From: Kiloniellaceae bacterium
GTDB taxonomy: Bacteria; Pseudomonadota; Alphaproteobacteria; Kiloniellales; J153
Assembly (NCBI GenBank): GCA_021776175.1
Contig: JAJFGJ010000003.1
Coordinates: forward strand, 144,233 to 208,232
Reading direction: 5' to 3'
DNA length: 64,000 bases
Shown here piece by piece: positions 34,957 through 45,050 of the stretch (position 1 is its first letter; each line of letters starts with the position of its first letter). The translations under genes and the position numbers were made by a program. Under the pieces are notes generated by a model. The model was not told the DNA's origin. It searched no databases and saw only the letters and a list, made by a program, of their open reading frames with translations.

Positions 34957-37230
34957 ATGAGAATTATGTCCAGAGTGTCGGCCCGATGGATTGGCGCCTT
35001 GGCCATCCTCACCATGATCGCGGTGCTGGATGTCGCCGGGATTCTGGGGCCGATCGACCGGGCCTTGATGGACACCCGTTTCCGGGTCCTGGACCGGCCG
35101 GCCAGCGGCGATATCGTCATCGTCCAGATCGATCCCTACAGCTTGCGAGAGCTCGACGTATGGCCTTGGCCGCGGCGGTACCACGCCGACTTGATCGATA
35201 AGCTGGTCGCGGCGGACGTTCGTGAGATCGCTATAGACATCGATCTCAGCGCGCGCAGCACCGAGGCTGACGACCTGGCCTTGGCGGCCGCTCTGACGCG
35301 GGCACACAACCGGATCGTCTTGCCGGCGTTTCGCCAGACGGCGGCGCCCGAGGCCAGGGGCAGCCGTATATTCGACACTTTGCCGCGGCCCGAATTCAGT
35401 GAACATGCCCAGGTCGGCAGCATCAACGTTTCACCCGCTCCGGATGGTCTGATTCGGCGCATGTCGGGGGTGCATAGTGTGGGTCCTCGGCCCTTACCTG
35501 CGCTCTTCGCGCTGCTGGCCGGGCCAGCGGCCATCAACGATACCCCCTTCTACATAGATTACGGTATCGATCCGAATACGATCCCGCGAATTTCCTATGT
35601 CGATGTCCTGCGCGGAAATTTCGCCGCCGGGCAACTGGCGGGCAAGACGGTGATTGTCGGCACCACGGCGGCTGAGCTGGGCGATACGCTGCCGGTGCCC
35701 GTATACCGCTCCATGGCCGGGCCGGCGATCCAGGCGTTGGCTTTCGAGTCCGTCCGCCAAGGGCGCGCCATTCAAACCTTCGGCTCCGCTCTCTCGATAC
35801 CTGTCAGCGCCCTTGTGGTGGTTCTCTTTACGATACTGTTCGCGAGGCGGCGTTGGCGCTTGGCGGTATTTTTCTGCTTTACCGCCATGTTCGGAATCGA
35901 AGCGCTCGCCATTGCCGTCCAGGCGATCGCCCCGATTGCTTTGACCACGGCGCCATGGCTGATCGCGGCGCCCTTGTCACTTCTGTTCGCGCTATCGGGA
36001 CAGATCGAAACCCAGGCCCGCCAGATTCTCGAGCAACGAGAGACGATCGCCACGCGCCGCGCCTTGATGGACAGCATGGTCGAGAACAGTTTCGACGGCA
36101 TCGTCATCGCCGACCATGGCGGCAGGATACAGGTGATGAACAAGGCCGCCGAAGCGATCCTGCGATGCTCCGCGGGCGAGGCGATCGGTTTGTCGATCGA
36201 TAAAATCCTGCCTGACGCCGAGGAACTGGCAGCGAAATTCCTGCCCTCTGGGGATGCCGAAACCGGCCAAGACGGCGACGCTAGGATTCCGCGCGAATGC
36301 ACCATGGAACGGCGCGGCGGGGACCGCGTGGCTATTGAATTAACTGTTGGCGCGGTCGATCTGGCGCCGGTTAAGCTTGGCCGGCGGGAGGTCGTGCCCG
36401 AGCGGGTTTACCGCACCCTGACGTTCCGCGACATCTCCGAACGTAAAGCCACCCAGGCCGCCCAGCAACTCGCGGTTAAAGAGGCATTGGCGGCCAACCG
36501 TGCCAAGACAGAGTTTCTGGCCAATATGAGCCACGAACTGCGCACGCCCCTAAACGCCATCATTGGGTTCTCGGATACGATCCGCTGCGAGGTTTTCGGT
36601 CCGGTCAACCCACCGCGTTACGGCCAATACATAGACGATATCCACGACAGCGGTACCCACCTATTGCAAATCATTAGCGATATTCTCGATGTTTCGCGCA
36701 TCGAGCTCGGCCAATTCGAAATTGAGGAGCAAGAGTTCGACCCGGCCGAGGCCTTGGCGAGCTGTGCCAAGATCGCGGCCGGATGGCCTGGCATCGGCGA
36801 GCGGCGCGATTACTCGGTCGAGCTTCCGGCCGGTTTGCCCTTCGTTAGGGGCGATGAAAGAGTCATCAAGCAGGTTGTGATAAATCTGCTGTCGAACGCC
36901 TTCAAATACAGCCGCGACGGCGACCGGATCGTGCTTTCCGCCAAGCTGGAAGAGCAAGGAACCCTGGCGATCGTCGTCAAGGACACGGGAATTGGGATCG
37001 CGCCACAAAACATGCCCGACCTGACGACGGCTTTCTACCAAGTGGAAGGGGCCTTCGCGCGCGAAGGCGAGGGCGTCGGCCTCGGCCTGTTCCTGTGCTC
37101 CAGCTATGTCAAGCTGCACGGTGGCGAATTCTCGATCGACAGCGAGTTGGATGCCGGTACCACGGTGACGGTACGCTTGCCGGCGGAACGGCTTAGCCTG
37201 TCTTCATCCGGTGCCGCGGTGAGCGCCTGA
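34957..37230 (+). CDS. CHASE2-domain sensor histidine kinase (CHASE2-3TM-PAS-HisKA-HATPase; no receiver domain)
   Basis: N-terminal TM, then a ~270-aa periplasmic region with CHASE2-like motifs (IVIVQIDPYSL...WPWPRRYHADLIDKL, VIVGTTAAELGD). Three TM segments follow, then a PAS segment, the H-box [23 protein letters not shown], and DTGIGI/GVGLGL. Confidence 0.85.
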   Translation: MRIMSRVSARWIGALAILTMIAVLDVAGILGPIDRALMDTRFRVLDRPASGDIVIVQIDPYSLRELDVWPWPRRYHADLIDKLVAADVREIAIDIDLSARSTEADDLALAAALTRAHNRIVLPAFRQTAAPEARGSRIFDTLPRPEFSEHAQVGSINVSPAPDGLIRRMSGVHSVGPRPLPALFALLAGPAAINDTPFYIDYGIDPNTIPRISYVDVLRGNFAAGQLAGKTVIVGTTAAELGDTLPVPVYRSMAGPAIQALAFESVRQGRAIQTFGSALSIPVSALVVVLFTILFARRRWRLAVFFCFTAMFGIEALAIAVQAIAPIALTTAPWLIAAPLSLLFALSGQIETQARQILEQRETIATRRALMDSMVENSFDGIVIADHGGRIQVMNKAAEAILRCSAGEAIGLSIDKILPDAEELAAKFLPSGDAETGQDGDARIPRECTMERRGGDRVAIELTVGAVDLAPVKLGRREVVPERVYRTLTFRDISERKATQAAQQLAVKEALAANRAKTEFLANMSHELRTPLNAIIGFSDTIRCEVFGPVNPPRYGQYIDDIHDSGTHLLQIISDILDVSRIELGQFEIEEQEFDPAEALASCAKIAAGWPGIGERRDYSVELPAGLPFVRGDERVIKQVVINLLSNAFKYSRDGDRIVLSAKLEEQGTLAIVVKDTGIGIAPQNMPDLTTAFYQVEGAFAREGEGVGLGLFLCSSYVKLHGGEFSIDSELDAGTTVTVRLPAERLSLSSSGAAVSA

Positions 37231-37327
37231 CCGGAAGTCAGCTAGATTCTCTCTTGACGCGATCAAGCCGGAAGGTGTCGAGTGCCGGACAGCCGCCCGC
37301 TTCGCTCCCCTTACCTTTCATAGCGTC

Positions 37328-38566
37328 ATGCCCCTGGGATTACTAAAATACGGCTTTAGCCGCCGCTATCCGGCGCGCCAGGACATTCCACCGCGAAAGG
37401 ACCTGAAGGCGTCCTATGACGTGGTGATTGTCGGCGGCGGCGGGCACGGCTTGGCGACCGCTTACTACCTGGCCAAGACCTGGGGTATCCGCAACGTCGC
37501 GGTGCTGGAAAAGGGCTACCTGGGCGGCGGCAATACGGCCCGCAACACCGCTGTCATTCGTTCCAACTACATCACCCCGGAATCGGTCCGTTTTTATAAG
37601 GAAGCGGTCGAGCTTTATACCGGCCTGGCGCACGAGCTGGACTACAACATGATGTTCAGCCGGCGCGGGCAACTCACCCTGGCCCATACCGATGCGACGG
37701 TGCGCACCTTCCGCCTGCGCGCCGAGGTTGGCAAGCATTGCGGCACCGGTATCGAAATGATCGACCGCGCGCAGGTCCGCGAGCTCGTGCCGAGCTTGAA
37801 CATGACCCACGAGCGCTATCCCATTCAAGCCGGCTTGTGGCACCCCGATGCCGGCACCGGGCGGCACGATTCGGTCGCCTGGGGTTACGCCGCGCGGGCC
37901 GCCGGGATGGGCGTCGAGCTGCATCAGCGTACCGAGGTGACGGGCTTCCAGCGCGACGGCGAGACTATTACAGCGGTCGAAACCAACCGGGGCACGGTCA
38001 AGTGCGGCCAGGTGGTCCAGGCGGTCGCCGGCATGTCGTCGGTGGTCGCCAAGATGGCGGGCCTGCGCCTGCCGATTAGGACCTTTCCCTTGCAGGCCAT
38101 GGTGACGCAACCGCTCAAACCCTTTCTCGATCCCATGGTTTCTTCGACCGCGCTGCATTGCTATGTGTCGCAAACCGCGCGCGGTGAAATCGTTATCGGC
38201 GGCGGGTCGGACCCTTATGAGCTTTACTCGACGCGCTCGACCCTGGATCTCAAGGAAAGCCTGATCGGGCACGCGGTGGAGATGTTTCCCTTCCTCTCCG
38301 AGGTCCGGCTCATGCGCCAGTGGGCGGGCATGACCGACATGACCCCCGATTACAGCCCGGTCATGGGCGCCAGCCCGCTCAAGAACTACTGGCTGGATGC
38401 CGGCTGGGGCACCTGGGGGTTCAAGGCCACGCCCGTGTCCGGCAAATACATGGCCGAAACCGTGGCCAAGCAGAAAGCCCCCGCCATGATTCAGCCCTTC
38501 AGGCTGGACCGTTTCGCGACCTTCGATCTCGCCAACGAGATGGGCGCGACGGCGGCGAGCCATTAG
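37328..38566 (+). CDS. soxB: Heterotetrameric sarcosine oxidase, beta subunit
   Basis: YDVVIVGGGGHGLATAYYLA; 412 aa; followed by the delta, alpha and gamma subunits in the canonical soxBDAG order. Confidence 0.9.
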   Translation: MPLGLLKYGFSRRYPARQDIPPRKDLKASYDVVIVGGGGHGLATAYYLAKTWGIRNVAVLEKGYLGGGNTARNTAVIRSNYITPESVRFYKEAVELYTGLAHELDYNMMFSRRGQLTLAHTDATVRTFRLRAEVGKHCGTGIEMIDRAQVRELVPSLNMTHERYPIQAGLWHPDAGTGRHDSVAWGYAARAAGMGVELHQRTEVTGFQRDGETITAVETNRGTVKCGQVVQAVAGMSSVVAKMAGLRLPIRTFPLQAMVTQPLKPFLDPMVSSTALHCYVSQTARGEIVIGGGSDPYELYSTRSTLDLKESLIGHAVEMFPFLSEVRLMRQWAGMTDMTPDYSPVMGASPLKNYWLDAGWGTWGFKATPVSGKYMAETVAKQKAPAMIQPFRLDRFATFDLANEMGATAASH

Positions 38567-38581
38567 CGGGATGGTGAAACA

Positions 38582-38884
38582 ATGAAGATCATGCCCTGCC
38601 CGCTTAACGGCCCGCGTAACATTTCGGAATTCGCCTGCCTGGGCGAGGTCTCGGCCATGCCCGATCCCAACACCGCCGATGATCGCGCCTGGGCGGAGTA
38701 TGTCTGGTTCTCCAACAACACGGCGGGTGTGGTGCGCGAGTGGTGGTGCCACGTGCCGACCAGTTATTGGTTCATCGCCGAGCGCGACACCGTGAGCGAC
38801 GAGATCCTGCGGACCTACCCCAGCGGCGAGGTTTTCAAGGCGCGTGTGGATTTCAAGGCCAAGGACGGGGACTCGGACACGTGA
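38582..38884 (+). CDS. soxD: Sarcosine oxidase, delta subunit
   Basis: 100 aa. MKIMPCPLNGPRNISEF...YVWFSNNTAGVVREWWCH is typical of SoxD. Confidence 0.88.
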   Translation: MKIMPCPLNGPRNISEFACLGEVSAMPDPNTADDRAWAEYVWFSNNTAGVVREWWCHVPTSYWFIAERDTVSDEILRTYPSGEVFKARVDFKAKDGDSDT

Positions 38885-41796
38885 GCGGCAATTCCCATCG
38901 GCTGCTCGGGGACGCGGGCCTCCTGATCGACCGCGCCAAGCCCATCGGCTTCAGTTTCGAGGGCCGGACCTACGGCGGCTTCGAGGGCGATACCATCGCC
39001 AGCGCCCTGGCCGCGAACGGCGTGAAGGTCTTGTCCCGTTCGTTCAAGTACCACCGGCCGCGCGGCATCCTGACCATGGCCGGGCAGGATGCCAACACCC
39101 TAGTCCAGCTTCCGCGTGAACCCAACATTTTGGCCGACCGGCACCCGGTCGCCGAGGGTCTGGAGGTCGTGGGCCAGAACTACAGCGGCAGCCTGATGCA
39201 TGACCGGAACGCCGTTATGGCGTGCTTGGCGCGCTTCATGCCGGTGGGGTTCTATTATCGCTCCCTATTCCGGCCAGGACGCATCTGGGAGCGATTCTGG
39301 GAACCCTTGGTGCGTAAGTCGGCGGGGCTTGGAAAGATACGCCTCGACACGCCGCACGGCTATTACGACAAGTCCTACGGGTTCAGCGATGTCGCCGTGG
39401 TTGGCGGCGGACCGGCGGGCATGGCGGCGGCCCTAAGCGCGGCCGGAGCGGGGGCGAAGGTCTGGCTGATCGAGGAAAATCCGGTTCTGGGCGGGGCTTT
39501 GAGCTATGCCCGTTTCGATCCTGAAGGCACGCGCGGCGAAGCGGTGCGCGCCGAGTTAGCCGCCGCTGTCGAGGCCGAGGACAACATCGAGGTCATGACC
39601 AACGCGGTCTGCAACGGCTGGTTCGCCGATAACTGGCTACCGGTGATTCAAGGCAAGCGTCTCCACAAACTCCGCGCCAAGGAAATGGTGCTGGCGGCGG
39701 GGTGCATGGAGCAACCGGCGCAGTTCCGTAACAACGATTTGCCCGGTGTCATGATGGGTTCGGCCGTGCAACGCCTGATCCGCCTCTACGGGGTGCGGCC
39801 CGGCCGCCGCGCGGTGGTCATGGCCGGCAACCGCCATGGCGCCCAGGTCGCGCTCGATCTTCTGGATGCCGGGGTCGAGGTGGCGGCGGTGGTCGATCTA
39901 CGCGCCGCGCCGGACCAGGACCCGGCCTTGGCCAGGCTTCTGGAGCGGGGCGTGCGGCTCTTGAGCGGGCACACCGTGACCGAGGCCTGTGGCGGCAAGG
40001 GGAACCGCTCCATAACCGGCGTGGTCATCGACAGTATCGTCGCTCCCGGCAAGGCCGCGGGCCAGCCGGAGCGGATCGATTGCGATGTTCTGGCCATGTC
40101 CGTCGGCTATACGCCAACGTATCAACTGGCGCTCCAGGCGGGCGCCAAGCTGGGTTACGACGATGAGGCCGCCATTTTCTCCATAACAGGACAGCCGGCC
40201 CACATGCACCTGGCCGGGTCCGTAGACGGCGCCCATGACCTGGACGCCGTGGTGGCCGAGGGCCGCCGCGCCGGCTGGCGGGCGGCACAGGCTTGCGGCT
40301 TGGATTCCGGGCCGGAGCCCAAAACACCGGTCGAGCGGGGCGCGGCTGGAATCAATTTCCCCTGGCCGGTTTTCCCGCACCCCAAGGGCAAGGAATTCGT
40401 CGATTTCGACGAGGACTTGCAGATCAAGGATATTCAGAACGCGGTTGCCGACGGCTATGCCGAGCTGGAACTGGTCAAGCGTTTCTCCACCGTCGGCATG
40501 GGGCCCAGTCAGGGTCGGCACTCGGCGCTGGCGACGGCGCGTTTGCTCGCCGAGGCCACCGGGCGTAGCGTGGCCGAGACCGGCGTGACCACATCGCGCC
40601 CGCCCTTTAGCGGCGAGACACTGGGCGTTCTGACCGGGCGCAGTTTTGAGCCGGAACGCCTGACCGCCATGCATCACCGCCACCTGGAGGCGGGAGCGCG
40701 GATGATGACGGCGGGCCTTTGGTGGCGCCCGGCCTTCTATGGCCCGAAGGAGCGGCGCGAAGCCGTTATCGCCGAAGAGGTCATGGCGGTGCGCCAGAAC
40801 CTCGGCTTGATCGACGTCTCGACCCTGGGCGGTCTGGAAGTACGCGGCCCCGACGCGGCCGAGTTCTTGAACCGGGTCTATACTTTCGCCTATGCCAAGC
40901 AGCCGCTCGGCCGCTCGCGCTATGTCCTCATGACCAACGAGGCCGGCACGGTCATCGACGATGGCGTTGCTTGCCGCCTGCGCGAAGATCATTTCTACGT
41001 CACCGCGACCACCGGCGGCGTCGATCGAATTTACCGCAGTATGCTGTGGTGGAACGCGCAGTGGCGCCTTGACGTGGATATCTCGAACGTCACCGCCGCT
41101 TACGCCGGCGTCAATATCGCCGGCCCCAAGTCGCGCGAGGTCATGGCCGCGCTGAGCGAAGGCGTCGATGTCTCGGCCGGGGCTTTCCCCTACATGGGCG
41201 TGCGCGAGGGCCGGGTCGCCGGAATTCCAGCGCGTATTCTGCGGGTCGGTTTCGTCGGCGAGCTAGGCTACGAAGTTCATGTGCCGGCCAGCCACGGCGA
41301 GGCCCTTTGGGATGCCATGATGGCGGCGGGCAAGTCCGCCGGCATTCGTCCCTTCGGGGTCGAGGCCCAGCGTATCCTGCGTCTGGAAAAAGGTCACATC
41401 ATCATCGGACAAGACACGGATGCCATGACCTTTCCCCACGAGGTCGATATGGTCTGGGCTATATCCAGGAAAAAGCCGTTCTTCGTCGGCGGCCGCTCGA
41501 TCGAGTTGCGGGCGCGCCAGCCCATTACCCGTAAGCTGGCCGGCTTCAAGGTCGAGGACGGTGCGGCGCCCAGCGAATCGAACCTGGTGCTGCGGGATGG
41601 CGAGATGGTCGGCTTCGTCACCTCGGTCGCGCATTCACCGGCGCTCGGCCACACCATCGGCATGGCTTACGTTCATCCCGAGGATGCCGAACCCGACCAG
41701 TCATTTAAGATCAAGCTCGACAACGGAAACATGATCGATGCCCAGGTCGTGCCGCTGCCGTTCTTCGATCCAAAGAACGCGCGCCAGGAGATGTGA
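38881..41796 (+). CDS. soxA: Sarcosine oxidase, alpha subunit
   Basis: The GTG start overlaps the soxD stop (GTGA). SFEGRTYGGFEGDTIASALAANGV, VAVVGGGPAGMAAA, and a C-terminal GcvT-like domain. The upstream part of the 38740 ORF is out of context (inside soxD). Confidence 0.9.
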   Translation: MSGNSHRLLGDAGLLIDRAKPIGFSFEGRTYGGFEGDTIASALAANGVKVLSRSFKYHRPRGILTMAGQDANTLVQLPREPNILADRHPVAEGLEVVGQNYSGSLMHDRNAVMACLARFMPVGFYYRSLFRPGRIWERFWEPLVRKSAGLGKIRLDTPHGYYDKSYGFSDVAVVGGGPAGMAAALSAAGAGAKVWLIEENPVLGGALSYARFDPEGTRGEAVRAELAAAVEAEDNIEVMTNAVCNGWFADNWLPVIQGKRLHKLRAKEMVLAAGCMEQPAQFRNNDLPGVMMGSAVQRLIRLYGVRPGRRAVVMAGNRHGAQVALDLLDAGVEVAAVVDLRAAPDQDPALARLLERGVRLLSGHTVTEACGGKGNRSITGVVIDSIVAPGKAAGQPERIDCDVLAMSVGYTPTYQLALQAGAKLGYDDEAAIFSITGQPAHMHLAGSVDGAHDLDAVVAEGRRAGWRAAQACGLDSGPEPKTPVERGAAGINFPWPVFPHPKGKEFVDFDEDLQIKDIQNAVADGYAELELVKRFSTVGMGPSQGRHSALATARLLAEATGRSVAETGVTTSRPPFSGETLGVLTGRSFEPERLTAMHHRHLEAGARMMTAGLWWRPAFYGPKERREAVIAEEVMAVRQNLGLIDVSTLGGLEVRGPDAAEFLNRVYTFAYAKQPLGRSRYVLMTNEAGTVIDDGVACRLREDHFYVTATTGGVDRIYRSMLWWNAQWRLDVDISNVTAAYAGVNIAGPKSREVMAALSEGVDVSAGAFPYMGVREGRVAGIPARILRVGFVGELGYEVHVPASHGEALWDAMMAAGKSAGIRPFGVEAQRILRLEKGHIIIGQDTDAMTFPHEVDMVWAISRKKPFFVGGRSIELRARQPITRKLAGFKVEDGAAPSESNLVLRDGEMVGFVTSVAHSPALGHTIGMAYVHPEDAEPDQSFKIKLDNGNMIDAQVVPLPFFDPKNARQEM

Positions 41797-41799
41797 TCC

Positions 41800-42519
41800 A
41801 TGAGCGCCGAGCAAGCAATCCAACCCGAGAATTTCAAGCGCCGGGGCTTCCATTACCGGACTCTGGTAAAGGCCGGCGCGCGCTTCGTCGAACTCCAGGG
41901 CGCGGCGGTGGCCGCCGACTTCGGCGCGCCGGAGGAGGAAGCGCGAACCGCGCGGCACCTGGGGCTGATGGATCTGTCGCCCTTGCCGCGCACCGGTTTC
42001 AAGGGCCCCGGCACGGCGGAATGGCTGAGCGCGCAAGGCGTCGATGTGCCGGGCGAAAGCAACCGCGCCGTGCGTCAAGGCGATGGCGCGCTGGCCCTGC
42101 GACTGGCACCGAGCGAGGTCATGATCCTGGGGGATTTGGCCGTTCAGGGCGGGCTGCCCGCCAAGCTGAACCAGGCCTGGGACAGCGAGACGACGCCGCC
42201 GGCCATGCCGCGCGGCTTTCCCTTGCCGCGCGATGAGACCCATGCCTGGTTTCTGGTCACGGGGGCGCGAGCTTCGGCCATGTTCGCCAAGATTTGCGCC
42301 GTCGACTTACGCCCTCAATTCTTTCCTGACGGGCATATCGCGCAAACCTCGCTCGCCAAGATGACGGGTACTATCGTGCGTGACGACAAGGGCGAGGTTC
42401 CCGCCTTTCACGTCCTGGCCGACAGCGCCTCGGCGGAATACCTCTGGGGCTGCCTGATCGACGCCATGGCCGAATTCGAGGGCGGCCCGGTCGGCCTGAG
42501 CGCGGTATCCGGGATCTAG
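41800..42519 (+). CDS. soxG: Sarcosine oxidase, gamma subunit
   Basis: Position after soxA. The GFKGPGTAEWL motif is typical of SoxG. Confidence 0.8.
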   Translation: MSAEQAIQPENFKRRGFHYRTLVKAGARFVELQGAAVAADFGAPEEEARTARHLGLMDLSPLPRTGFKGPGTAEWLSAQGVDVPGESNRAVRQGDGALALRLAPSEVMILGDLAVQGGLPAKLNQAWDSETTPPAMPRGFPLPRDETHAWFLVTGARASAMFAKICAVDLRPQFFPDGHIAQTSLAKMTGTIVRDDKGEVPAFHVLADSASAEYLWGCLIDAMAEFEGGPVGLSAVSGI

Positions 42520-42708
42520 TAACTCATCCCGCGCGATAAACTTAGACACTAAATTCACACAGAGATCGAATAAGTCCGAACGCCGCTATTGCCGCGCGTT
42601 TGCGTTCTATTGGGTTATTAGTTTGGATTCGATGTATATTTCACCGCTTGTAAAGAGACCCCTGTGCATAGTACCAATGTCTTCAACAATAAAAGAGGGG
42701 CTTGTGCG

Positions 42709-43164
42709 ATGATGCGGGTACTGAGAGTCTCCCTGAGCGCCGCCGCCGGTCTTGCTTTCCTGATGCTGGCGGCCCCGTCGCAGGCCGGGCAGGCGGGAGC
42801 CTTCGGCTTCACCACCTCGTCCGCCGAGAAGTCCGGCTATACTGTGCGGAATCCCCGTCTGGTTCAGATAGCGAGCCATTTGAATTCCCAGACCGCGAAT
42901 GTGCCGGTTGGGACCATCCGCCTGCGCGTGATCCCGGAGATTGGCGGCAAGGCGATGCGCGATCCAATTCACTGGCGCGTCATGACTTACGGCAAGGATT
43001 CGAATGGCAAGCGCCATCAGGTCGCCGAGGTCACCGACTCCACGCCGGAAATCTCCCTGCCTGCGGGATGGTATGTCGTCCACGCGAAAGTGCGGGGCAA
43101 GACCATCAAGCATCCGGTGGAAGTGACCGCCGGCAAGACCTTCAAGTACACCCTGGTCAAGTAG
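42709..43164 (+). CDS. Small secreted protein of unknown function
   Basis: Signal peptide MMRVLRVSLSAAAGLAFLMLAAPSQAGQ. An agagggg SD precedes it. The mature part is predicted beta-rich and has no recognisable family. Confidence 0.6.
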   Translation: MMRVLRVSLSAAAGLAFLMLAAPSQAGQAGAFGFTTSSAEKSGYTVRNPRLVQIASHLNSQTANVPVGTIRLRVIPEIGGKAMRDPIHWRVMTYGKDSNGKRHQVAEVTDSTPEISLPAGWYVVHAKVRGKTIKHPVEVTAGKTFKYTLVK

Positions 43165-43190
43165 TAGAGCCGGGCTCGCCCGGAACGAAA

Positions 43191-43220
43191 GAGGGCCGTG
43201 CCTTAAAGGGCGCGGCCCTC
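43191..43220. terminator. Bidirectional intrinsic terminator between convergent genes
   Basis: gagggccgtgcc-ttaaag-ggcgcggccctc is a 12-bp stem with one G-U pair. T-rich tracts flank it on both strands (tttcgatt on plus, tttcgttcc on minus). Confidence 0.6.
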
Positions 43221-43227
43221 TTTCGAT

Positions 43228-44913
43228 TCATGTCCCGATCATGGGCAGGTTCAAGCCCTGCTTGCGGGCGCAGTCCATGGCGATGTCGTAGCCGGCGTCG
43301 GCGTGGCGCATGACGCCGGTGGCCGGGTCGTTGTGCAGGACCCGCTCCAGGCGCCGCGCGGCGTCTTGGGTGCCGTCGGCGACGATGACCATGCCGGCGT
43401 GCTGCGAGAAACCCATGCCCACACCGCCGCCGTGGTGCAGCGAGACCCAGGTCGCGCCGCTGGCGGTATTCAAGAGCGCGTTCAATAACGGCCAGTCGGA
43501 GACCGCGTCGGAGCCGTCCATCATGCCCTCGGTCTCCCGGTTGGGGCTGGCGACCGAACCCGAGTCCAAGTGGTCGCGGCCGATCACGATGGGGGCCGAG
43601 ACCTCGCCGCTGGCGACCATCTCGTTGAAAGCGAGGCCCAGGCGCGCCCGCTCGCCCAGGCCGACCCAGCAGATCCGCGACGGCAGGCCCTGGAATTGAA
43701 TACGCTCGCGCGCCATGTCGAGCCAGTTGTGAAGATGCGGATTATCGGGAATGAGCTCCTTGACCTTGGCGTCGGTTTTGTAGATGTCCTCCGGATCGCC
43801 GGAGAGCGCGACCCACCGGAACGGCCCGACCCCGCGGCAAAACAGCGGCCGGATGTAGGCGGGAACGAAGCCCGGGAAATCGAAGGCGTTCTCGACCCCG
43901 ACGCCGAGCGCCTCCTGGCGGATGTTGTTGCCGTAGTCGAAAGTCGGCACGCCCATGTTCTGGAAATCGAGCATGGCCCGAACCTGGACCGCCATGGACT
44001 CCCGGGCCGCCTTGACCACGGCTTCGGGATCGCTCGCCTGAAGACGCTCCCACTTGTCCAGGTCCCAGCCCAGGGGCAGATAGCCGTGCAGCGGATCGTG
44101 CGCGCTGGTCTGGTCGGTCGCCATGTCGGGTTTGACGCCGCGCCTGACCAGTTCGGGGAAGACATCGGCGGCATTGCCTAGTAGGCCGACCGAAACCGCC
44201 TTGCCGGATTTCTTGGCCTCATGAAGAATCGTCAGGGCTTGGTCCAAGGTATCCGCCTTGCGGTCGAGGTAGCCGGTCTCCAACCGCCGCTCGATCCGGC
44301 TTGGCCGGCACTCGACAGCCAGCATGGAGGCGCCGGCCATGGTCGCGGCCAGGGGTTGCGCGCCGCCCATGCCGCCTAGGCCGCCGGTCAGGACCCACTT
44401 GCCGGCCAAGTCGCCGCCATAGTGCTGGCGCCCCGCCTCGACGAAGGTCTCGTAGGTGCCCTGCACGATGCCCTGGCTGCCGATGTAGATCCAGGATCCG
44501 GCGGTCATCTGGCCGTACATCATCAGGCCGGCCTTATCGAGCTTGTTGAAATGCTCCCAGGTCGCCCAGTGCGGCACCAGATTGGAGTTGGCGATCAGCA
44601 CCCGCGGCGCGTCCGCGTGGGTCTTGAACACGCCGGCCGGTTTTCCCGATTGCACCAGCAGGGTTTCGTCGTCCTCCAATTGTTTCAGGCTCTCCACGAT
44701 CGCGTCGAAGCAACGCCAATCGCGCGCCGCGCGGCCAATGCCGCCGTAGACGACCAGCTCATGCGGGTTTTCCGCGACCTCGGCGTCCAGGTTGTTCATG
44801 ATCATGCGCAAGGGCGCCTCGGTCAGCCATGTCTTGGCTGTCAGCGCAGTGCCGCGCGGCGCGCGGATATCGCGCGTGTTGTCCAGGCGGGGATTACCCG
44901 AGGTTCCGGCCAT
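43228..44913 (-). CDS. hutU: Urocanate hydratase
   Basis: [30 protein letters not shown] and [13 protein letters not shown] are canonical urocanase motifs. The start at MAGTSG (44913) gives 561 aa. Confidence 0.93.
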   Translation of the reverse strand: MAGTSGNPRLDNTRDIRAPRGTALTAKTWLTEAPLRMIMNNLDAEVAENPHELVVYGGIGRAARDWRCFDAIVESLKQLEDDETLLVQSGKPAGVFKTHADAPRVLIANSNLVPHWATWEHFNKLDKAGLMMYGQMTAGSWIYIGSQGIVQGTYETFVEAGRQHYGGDLAGKWVLTGGLGGMGGAQPLAATMAGASMLAVECRPSRIERRLETGYLDRKADTLDQALTILHEAKKSGKAVSVGLLGNAADVFPELVRRGVKPDMATDQTSAHDPLHGYLPLGWDLDKWERLQASDPEAVVKAARESMAVQVRAMLDFQNMGVPTFDYGNNIRQEALGVGVENAFDFPGFVPAYIRPLFCRGVGPFRWVALSGDPEDIYKTDAKVKELIPDNPHLHNWLDMARERIQFQGLPSRICWVGLGERARLGLAFNEMVASGEVSAPIVIGRDHLDSGSVASPNRETEGMMDGSDAVSDWPLLNALLNTASGATWVSLHHGGGVGMGFSQHAGMVIVADGTQDAARRLERVLHNDPATGVMRHADAGYDIAMDCARKQGLNLPMIGT

Positions 44914-45050
44914 GGCCCTTGCTCCTAGTGCGGTGGTTTGAGTGAGTCGCGGCCCAACTCCAACGGAATCCACATATCCGCCGGACCGAATCGCCTCGCA
45001 TCTATATAGGGAATTTGGCGGTTTGCCGCCAGAGGACAGTCTAGGCCAGG

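Noticed and set aside
37343-38752. 469-aa minus-strand ORF over soxB/soxD
   Set aside because: It is antisense to canonical sarcosine oxidase genes. It has no motifs and an Arg/Gly-rich composition.
38740-38880. Upstream extension of the soxA ORF
   Set aside because: It lies inside soxD in another frame. The GTG at 38881, overlapping the soxD stop, gives the conserved SoxA N-terminus.
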